This document shows positions 57,591 to 64,000 of a DNA stretch of 64,000 bases, in pieces. The first letter of the stretch is position 1. Every line of letters begins with the position of its first letter. Origin of the DNA: an uncultured Desulfosarcina sp. (GTDB lineage: Bacteria > Desulfobacterota > Desulfobacteria > Desulfobacterales > Desulfosarcinaceae); assembly GCA_963674945.2 (NCBI GenBank), contig CAXXWQ010000003.1, positions 704,001 through 768,000 on the forward strand, read 5' to 3'. Below the pieces are notes generated by a model. That model did no database searches. It was not told where the DNA came from and was given only the letters and a program-made list of their open reading frames with translations. A program made the position numbers and the translations under genes.

Positions 57591-58421
57591 TTACGCTGTC
57601 GTCTCTCCATGGGAATATACATGCACATCCCGCTGGGGATAGGGGATGGATACACCATTGGCATCGAAGGCCTTCTTGATCTTTTCCGTCAGATCGAAAT
57701 AGACCCCCCAATAATCTGAAACCTTCACCCAGGGCCGAACCACGAAGTTCACACTGCTGTCGGCCAGTTCGGAAACCGATATCTGCGGCTCCGGGTCCGC
57801 AAAAATCCGGTCATCCGCCGCGATGATCTCAGCCATCAGGGAGCGAGCCTTGTCGATGTCGTCTTCATACCCGATGCCAAATACCATGTCCACGCGGCGG
57901 GTGCCCTTCACCGTCCAGTTTACGATATTATCTTCGGTAAGTTTGGCATTGGGAACGATGACCGTCTTGTTATCGGCGGTCTTCAATTGCGTGGTGAAGA
58001 TCTGGACCGCTTCGACGACGCCGAACACACCTGCTCCTTCGATCAGATCGCCCACCTTGAAAGGCCTGAAGATAATCAGCAGAAAACCGGCGGCAAAGTT
58101 GGACAAAGACCCTTGCAGTGCAAGGCCGACGGCCAGACCGGCGGCACCGAGAATGGCAATGAAGCTGGTCGTCTGAATACCCAACTGCCCCAGGGCGGCG
58201 ACGACGATGAATGCCAGCAGGGCGATGTATACCATGCTGGTGGTGAAGTTGATCAGCGTTGGATCGACCTCGCCTCGGGTCATGACCCGGTCCACCAGTT
58301 TTCGTATGAGCTTGGCCACCCAACGTCCAATGACAAAGATCGCCAGAGCCGCGATCACTTTCAATCCGTATACGGTCAGCAGTTGATAAACCTTGTTTAG
58401 AATCTCCTCCATTCGATCCAT
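57591..58421 (-). CDS. mscS: Small-conductance mechanosensitive channel
   Basis: GAAGLAVGLALQGSLSNFAAG, RPFKVGD, IPYPQRDV. Confidence 0.95.
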   Translation of the reverse strand: MDRMEEILNKVYQLLTVYGLKVIAALAIFVIGRWVAKLIRKLVDRVMTRGEVDPTLINFTTSMVYIALLAFIVVAALGQLGIQTTSFIAILGAAGLAVGLALQGSLSNFAAGFLLIIFRPFKVGDLIEGAGVFGVVEAVQIFTTQLKTADNKTVIVPNAKLTEDNIVNWTVKGTRRVDMVFGIGYEDDIDKARSLMAEIIAADDRIFADPEPQISVSELADSSVNFVVRPWVKVSDYWGVYFDLTEKIKKAFDANGVSIPYPQRDVHVYSHGETTA

Positions 58422-58478
58422 CCTTTCATGATTTGTTCACGATAAAAGTTCCAATGAAGCCGCTAAAAAAGGTCAGGT

Positions 58479-61400
58479 TCAATTCCGGGCATAATACCCA
58501 CCATTACCGCTTTTCGAACGTTTTCCCATATTGCTGTTACGCATGGCACCGGCGGCATCGATGCAGCGGGTCTGAACGGCATCGTATCCGAAAATGGAAT
58601 TCACCTCCCGGATCATGGCGTCGCAGTACTGGATGCAAAAATCCTCTGCCATGGCCACAACGGCTTCGGCCTGCGCTCCGAGACAGACGTGTACGAAACC
58701 CTTGCAGGGGCCCGGATAACGCTTTAGTGTCTGGTGGACCCGTGTCAGCGTCTCCCGATCGGTAATCTCTGGATTCACCATGAGCCGGATCTCCACGGTC
58801 CAGGTCTCCTCCGCCTTTTCCATGGGGATGATGGCATCGGCGAGAATCTTGACACCCTTCTCCTCCACCTGGGCCTGGCCCTGCACCAATATCGCCGTGT
58901 CCGATGTCATTAGGTCCGCACACTCTTTGTATACGGATGGAAAGACCACGACTTCCACGCTGCCGTGGATGTCTTCCACCGTGATGAAACCCATGGGTTC
59001 GTCGTTTCGAGTACGGATCACCTTCGAACTGCTGATGAAGCCGCCGATGCGCACGGGGGCTTTATCGTCTGCCTCCCGAATGCGGATTGTGTCCACATTG
59101 GTGAATTTTTTCAGAATCGACCGATAGCGGTCCAACGGATGTCCGGTGACATAAAAGCCCAGGGTCTCTTTCTCCTGCGCCAGCTTTTCCCGGTCGTCCC
59201 ACTCGTCGATGGTGGGGACGGCAGGCAGGTTGATGACCGCATCAATGTTGTCGCCCACGTCGAAAAGACTCATCTGGGCGCTGTTTTTCTCACGCTGAAA
59301 TCGCTGGCCATGATCCAGGGCATCCTCTAACACCGCCATCAGACGGGAGCGATAAACACCCGTTGAATCCAGAGCGCCGCAACGGATCAGACTCTCCAAT
59401 ACCCGTTTGTTGACCTTGGTCAGGTCCACCCGCTGGCAGAAGTCGAAAATGGAGATGAATTCACCATTTTCCTCCCGCTCTTTGATGATCAGTTCGACGG
59501 CGGCCTCTCCCACGTTTTTAACGGCAGCCAGGCCGAAGCGGATGCGACCGTCCACGGCGGTAAAAACCGTGCTGCTCTCGTTGATGTCGGGTGAGAGGAC
59601 TTCAATGCCGTGGCCACGGCACTCGTTGATGAACTTCACCACACCGTCGATCGTGTCGATCTCGCTGTTGAGCAAAGCGGACATGAATTCCACGGGGAAA
59701 TGGGCCTTGAGGTAGGCCGTCTGATAAGCGATGAGGGCGTATGCGGCACTGTGGGATTTGTTGAAGCCGTATCCGCCGAACTTCTCGATGAGATCGAACA
59801 GTTCGGTGGCCAAAGACTCGTCGACGCCGTTTGCCACAGAGCCGCTGATGAATTTTTCCCTGTGCTTTGCCATGAGTGCTTCGATCTTCTTGCCGATGGC
59901 CTTTCGCAGGCTGTCCGCATCGGCCATGGTATATCCGGCGAGTACGCCGGCCACCTGCATGACCTGCTCCTGATAGACCATTACCCCGTAAGTCTCTTTC
60001 AGGATCGGTTCCAGGCTGTCGACCGGGTAGACCACCTTTTTGCGGCCGTGTTTGCGGTCAACAAAATCATCCACCATTCCGCTGTCCAGCGGTCCCGGAC
60101 GATACAGGGCCACCAGCGCGGTGAGGTCTTCGAAAGACTCCGGCCGAAGTCGTATCAACAGGTTCTTCATACCGCTGGATTCAAGCTGGAACACGCCGGT
60201 GGTATCCCCGGACTGAAGCAGGGCAAAGGTCTTTTCATCGTCGAAGGGAAGGTTGGTTAAATCGGGAACATCTTTTCCCTGGGCGGCAATGCTCTTTAGT
60301 GCATGGTCGATGACCGTAAGGTTGCGTAGCCCGAGAAAATCAAATTTCACCAGGCCGATATCCTCGACCTTTTTCATGTCGAATTGGGTGACGACCTCCC
60401 CTTTTTTCCCGCGGTACAGGGGAAGATACTCCACAAGGGGCTTGTCGCCGATCACCACACCGGCCGCATGGGTGGAGGCGTGGCGGGAGAGACCCTCCAG
60501 GGATCGGCTGATTTCGAACAACTCGGCGATTCGCGGATCCGCCTCGACCATCTTGGCCAGTTGTGGCTCCTCTTTGAGCGCCTTGTCGATGGTGATTTTC
60601 AAATTGTCGGGAATCAGCTTCGCGATGGCATCCACCTCGGCCAGGGGAAGGCCCAGGGCTCTTCCCACATCCCGTATCACCAGTTTGGCCTTCATCTTGC
60701 CGAAGGTGATAATCTGGGCCACGAAATCGCCGCCACCGTATCGGTCCACCACGTAGTTGTATACCTTTTCCCGGCCGTGGATACAAAAATCCACGTCGAT
60801 ATCGGGCATGCTGATGCGCGACGGGTTCAGGAATCGTTCGAAGATGAGGCCGTGTTCGATGGGGTCCAGTTCGGTGATGAACAGGGAAAAGGAGACCAGG
60901 CTGCCGGCGGCCGATCCACGACCGGGGCCTACGGGAATGCTGTTCTGCTTCGCGTAGCGAATGAAGTCGGCGACGATGAGAAAATAGCCGGGGAATCCCA
61001 TGTCGATAATGGTTTTGATCTCGTAGTCCAGACGCCTGAGATATACCGATTCGTCCAGATCCGCATTCTTTTCGCGAATCACCGCCATGCGACGCCGGTA
61101 TCCTTCCCGCACCTGCTCTTCGAACAGCTGATCGGCGGTTTTTCCCGAGTCGGCGTCGAATTGAGGGAAGTGATAGGTCTTGAAATCAAACTCGATCTCG
61201 CACCGATCGGCGATGGCCACCGTGTTGTCGATGGCGCCGGGATAGTCGGCGAAATAGCCGGTCATCTCCTCGGGGGACTTGAAGTAAAGCTGATCGGAAT
61301 CGAAAACGAACCGATCTTTGTCTGCCATGGTCTTTTGGGTCTGGACGCAAAGCAGGACCTCGTGGGCCTTGGCATCCTGGCGATTCAGATAGTGGCAGTC

Positions 61401-62027
61401 GTTGGTGGCCACCAATGGAATCGAAAGCTTCTCGCTCAGTTCCACAAGGCCCTGGTTGATCTTCTCCTGGATCTGCAATCCGTTGTTTTGCAGTTCCAAA
61501 AAGAAATTGCCCTCGCCGAAAGTCTTCAGATAGAAAATAGCCGCCTCTTCGGCCTTGTCCATTCGATTGGCAAGAATGTATTGAGGAATATCCCCCTTGA
61601 TGCAGGCGGATAATGCGATGACCCCTTCGGCGTGCTCGGCCAGTACGGCTTTGTCGATGCGAGGTTTGTAGTAGTATCCTTGAAGTTGGGCAATCGTCGC
61701 CATTTTGCACAGGTTACGATACCCCTGCTGGTTCTCGGCCAAAAGCACCATATGCCGGGTGCCGTCCCGGTCCAACGGCGTCTTGTCGGCGATGGTCCGC
61801 GGGGCGACATAGCATTCGCACCCCACCACGGGTTTGATACCGGCGGAAGTGGCCTGCTGGTAAAAATCCAATGCACCGAACATTGTGCCGTGATCGGTCA
61901 GGGCCACTGCCGGCATGGAAAATTCCTTGGCCCTTGCAAACAGATCCTTGAGGCGAATGGCACCGTCCAGCAAACTATACTGGGTGTGGACGTGCAGGTG
62001 AACAAAATTTCGGCTATTTTCTGACAT
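58479..62027 (-). CDS. dnaE: DNA polymerase III alpha subunit
   Basis: HLHVHTQYSLLDG, GPGRGSAAGS, PDIDVD, KFDFLGL, YGFNKSHSAAY. Confidence 0.98.
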   Translation of the reverse strand: MSENSRNFVHLHVHTQYSLLDGAIRLKDLFARAKEFSMPAVALTDHGTMFGALDFYQQATSAGIKPVVGCECYVAPRTIADKTPLDRDGTRHMVLLAENQQGYRNLCKMATIAQLQGYYYKPRIDKAVLAEHAEGVIALSACIKGDIPQYILANRMDKAEEAAIFYLKTFGEGNFFLELQNNGLQIQEKINQGLVELSEKLSIPLVATNDCHYLNRQDAKAHEVLLCVQTQKTMADKDRFVFDSDQLYFKSPEEMTGYFADYPGAIDNTVAIADRCEIEFDFKTYHFPQFDADSGKTADQLFEEQVREGYRRRMAVIREKNADLDESVYLRRLDYEIKTIIDMGFPGYFLIVADFIRYAKQNSIPVGPGRGSAAGSLVSFSLFITELDPIEHGLIFERFLNPSRISMPDIDVDFCIHGREKVYNYVVDRYGGGDFVAQIITFGKMKAKLVIRDVGRALGLPLAEVDAIAKLIPDNLKITIDKALKEEPQLAKMVEADPRIAELFEISRSLEGLSRHASTHAAGVVIGDKPLVEYLPLYRGKKGEVVTQFDMKKVEDIGLVKFDFLGLRNLTVIDHALKSIAAQGKDVPDLTNLPFDDEKTFALLQSGDTTGVFQLESSGMKNLLIRLRPESFEDLTALVALYRPGPLDSGMVDDFVDRKHGRKKVVYPVDSLEPILKETYGVMVYQEQVMQVAGVLAGYTMADADSLRKAIGKKIEALMAKHREKFISGSVANGVDESLATELFDLIEKFGGYGFNKSHSAAYALIAYQTAYLKAHFPVEFMSALLNSEIDTIDGVVKFINECRGHGIEVLSPDINESSTVFTAVDGRIRFGLAAVKNVGEAAVELIIKEREENGEFISIFDFCQRVDLTKVNKRVLESLIRCGALDSTGVYRSRLMAVLEDALDHGQRFQREKNSAQMSLFDVGDNIDAVINLPAVPTIDEWDDREKLAQEKETLGFYVTGHPLDRYRSILKKFTNVDTIRIREADDKAPVRIGGFISSSKVIRTRNDEPMGFITVEDIHGSVEVVVFPSVYKECADLMTSDTAILVQGQAQVEEKGVKILADAIIPMEKAEETWTVEIRLMVNPEITDRETLTRVHQTLKRYPGPCKGFVHVCLGAQAEAVVAMAEDFCIQYCDAMIREVNSIFGYDAVQTRCIDAAGAMRNSNMGKRSKSGNGGYYARN

Positions 62028-62050
62028 TTTCTCCCATTGGTGTCGCTTCA

Positions 62051-62194
62051 GTTGTCATATGGAAATGGTGGATTTGGGTTCAGGCCAAGGACGCAGTGAC
62101 GATGAAACCACAGTCGTAGCCGTACTACGTCGAGGATTTCATCGGAGCGAGAACGCCGGCCTGGGCAAAAAAGACGCCGTTTCCATATGGGAAC
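62051..62194. repeat. MITE/REP-like palindromic element, copy B
   Basis: Terminal IR GTTGTCATATGGAAATGG / CCGTTTCCATATGGGAAC; shares CAAGG, ACCACAG, CGAGGAT and GGGCAAA motifs with copy A. Confidence 0.7.
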
Positions 62195-62199
62195 ATGGA

Positions 62200-63666
62200 T
62201 TAGTTGTCCACCCGGTAGTTGGGTGCCTCTTTGGTGATAATCACGTCATGCACATGGCTTTCACGCATTCCTGCCGCGCTGATCCTCACAAAACGTGCAC
62301 TTTTGCGGAGTTCCTCGATGGTGCGGACACCCACATACCCCATGCCTGCCTTCAGCCCGCCCACCAACTGGAGAATATTGGCGGACAGGGTTCCCCGGTA
62401 GGGAACACGGCCGACGATGCCTTCGGGGACCAATTTTTCGTCGGACTCCATTTCGGTCTGGTAGTATCGATCCTTGCTCCCCTTTTTCATGGCCTCCAGG
62501 GATCCCATGCCCCGGTAAACCTTGTAACTTCGTCCCTGGAACAAGATGGTCTCCCCCGGGCTCTCTTCGGTACCGGCGAAAAGCCCCCCGATCATGATTG
62601 TGTGGGCACCGGCACCGATAGCCTTGGTGATATCGCCCGAAAATTTGATACCACCATCCGCGACCAGCGGCACCCCGGTCTTTTCCGATACCTCCCGACA
62701 ATTCATGATGGCGGAGATCTGTGGGACCCCGATACCGGCCACAATCCGGGTGGTACAGATGGATCCCGGCCCGATGCCGATTTTCACGGCGTCCACTCCG
62801 GCATCCACGAGGGCCTGGGCGCCTTCGCCGGTCCCAACATTACCGGCGATGAGTTGAAGGTCCGGAAAGCTATCCTTCAGGTTTTTCACCGCGCGAATGA
62901 CGTTACCCGAATGACCGTGAGAGGTGTCGATAACGATCACATCAACGCCGGCCTTGGTCAGCGCTTCGGCCCGGGACATCATGTCTTGACCTACCCCAAC
63001 GGCTGCGCCGACCCGCAGTCGTCCCATGCCGTCCTTACAGGCATTGGGGTACTTTTTAATCTTTTCGATGTCCTTGATGGTGATCATTCCGGTCAACCGG
63101 GCGTTTTTATCCACCACGAGCAATTTTTCGATACGATGTTCGTGGAGCAGTTTTTTGGAATCTTCAAGACTGATGCCCTCGCTGACGGTCACCAGATTTT
63201 CGCTGGTCATCACGTCACTGACCCGTTTGGTCATGTCCGTCTCGAAGCGCAAATCCCGGTTGGTAACGATGCCGACGAGTTGATCACCACGAATTACCGG
63301 AACGCCCGAGATGCGGTAACGGGCCATCAGGGCCATCACCTCTTCGATGGGCCGATCCGGAGCGATGGTAACCGGATCCACAATCATCCCGGATTCCGAT
63401 TTCTTCACCTGGTCCACCTCCATGGCCTGGCTCTCGATGCTCATGTTTCGATGGATGAAACCGATCCCCCCCTCCCGGGCCATGGTGATCGCGGTTTGCG
63501 CTTCGGTCACCGTATCCATCGCCGCACTGACAATGGGGATGTTCAAGGTCAGATCACGGGTCAACCGAGTGCGGGTATCGACATCTTTGGGCAAGATATC
63601 AGAATAACAAGGTGTCAACAATACGTCATCAAAGGAATATGCCTCCTCTGCGATGCGGTTACTCAT
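62200..63666 (-). CDS. guaB: IMP dehydrogenase
   Basis: [11 protein letters not shown] pair, [27 protein letters not shown]. Confidence 0.98.
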   Translation of the reverse strand: MSNRIAEEAYSFDDVLLTPCYSDILPKDVDTRTRLTRDLTLNIPIVSAAMDTVTEAQTAITMAREGGIGFIHRNMSIESQAMEVDQVKKSESGMIVDPVTIAPDRPIEEVMALMARYRISGVPVIRGDQLVGIVTNRDLRFETDMTKRVSDVMTSENLVTVSEGISLEDSKKLLHEHRIEKLLVVDKNARLTGMITIKDIEKIKKYPNACKDGMGRLRVGAAVGVGQDMMSRAEALTKAGVDVIVIDTSHGHSGNVIRAVKNLKDSFPDLQLIAGNVGTGEGAQALVDAGVDAVKIGIGPGSICTTRIVAGIGVPQISAIMNCREVSEKTGVPLVADGGIKFSGDITKAIGAGAHTIMIGGLFAGTEESPGETILFQGRSYKVYRGMGSLEAMKKGSKDRYYQTEMESDEKLVPEGIVGRVPYRGTLSANILQLVGGLKAGMGYVGVRTIEELRKSARFVRISAAGMRESHVHDVIITKEAPNYRVDN

Positions 63667-64000
63667 GGGTTCCTCCGTATGTAGAAGATGGTCGATCGAT
63701 TTGGCGATGATGAAAATTATGGGTGGTACTGCTTATGCTGTCGCGCGATTTTTTACGGTGAATCGGCCCATTGCTCCTGGCGGGACGCGATCCGATCGGC
63801 GACAAGCGGGGTCGATGAAGATCTTGGATTCCCGCCGAAACGAATATCGGTTTCAAAATTATTAAACTGTAAAATTAACAAATACAATCGTCTTTATCAA
63901 TCCCTATTTGTTGTCTTGACACCTTCGACCCACCGTAATAATTATGCAACTTTCTATTCTCATCGGGACATTTTACCCGTCAAGAAACAGGAGCCCGACC

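Noticed and set aside
60384..61613. 409-aa + strand ORF
   Set aside because: Antisense shadow of dnaE
58479..62027. Intein in DnaE (also considered for ParE/ParC)
   Set aside because: Normal lengths and contiguous motifs; no splice-junction signatures seen
62059..63684. 541-aa + strand ORF
   Set aside because: Antisense shadow of guaB; no recognisable motifs
1..64000. CRISPR array, cas genes, rRNA, prophage, intact transposase or integrase
   Set aside because: No regularly spaced repeat-spacer units or such genes seen; the heptamer repeats have no spacers
1..64000. Selenoprotein genes suggested by tRNA-Sec
   Set aside because: No in-frame TGA at a catalytic Cys position noticed; grxC, VKOR and iscU use Cys. 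No SECIS scan was run
63667..64000. Purine riboswitch upstream of guaB
   Set aside because: No recognisable aptamer consensus seen

Overview
Bacterial chromosomal window, most consistent with a sulfate-reducing Desulfobacterales organism (PxxKW protein, tRNA-Sec, PilA/PilR, Fe-S-type TrpRS); taxonomy is inferred, not searched. In order: (1) AT-rich surface-glycan cluster (aminotransferase, WbqC, sulfotransferase, flippase, methyltransferase, GTs) converging on a type IV pilin locus (GT2s, GT-C transferase, VKOR-DsbA fusion, pilA with a sigma54 promoter, inserted leaderless TA pair, pilR, lepB, pgpA, larC); (2) tRNA-Sec, then a chemoreceptor + half-size binding protein + porin module; (3) iscU with a Cys-rich tail and an IscS-like protein lacking the PLP lysine; (4) MarR + proVWX; (5) trpS-scpA-scpB-parE-parC-plsB, with parE apparently needing a non-AUG start; (6) REC-DUF4388, Roadblock, output-less HAMP sensor and repeat-rich secreted protein; (7) HeH + degenerate HNH protein; (8) a two-component system divergent from a VWA + short PspA + membrane-protein operon; (9) grxC, hybrid kinase, ClC, aminotransferase, PxxKW, mscS, dnaE, guaB. 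Three families of small palindromic intergenic repeats each occur twice. No CRISPR array, rRNA, prophage or intact transposase was seen. Best candidates for uncharacterised systems: TCS-VWA-PspA, Lys-less IscS/IscU, MCP-PBP-porin and the Roadblock cluster. All calls are by eye; no database searches were run.
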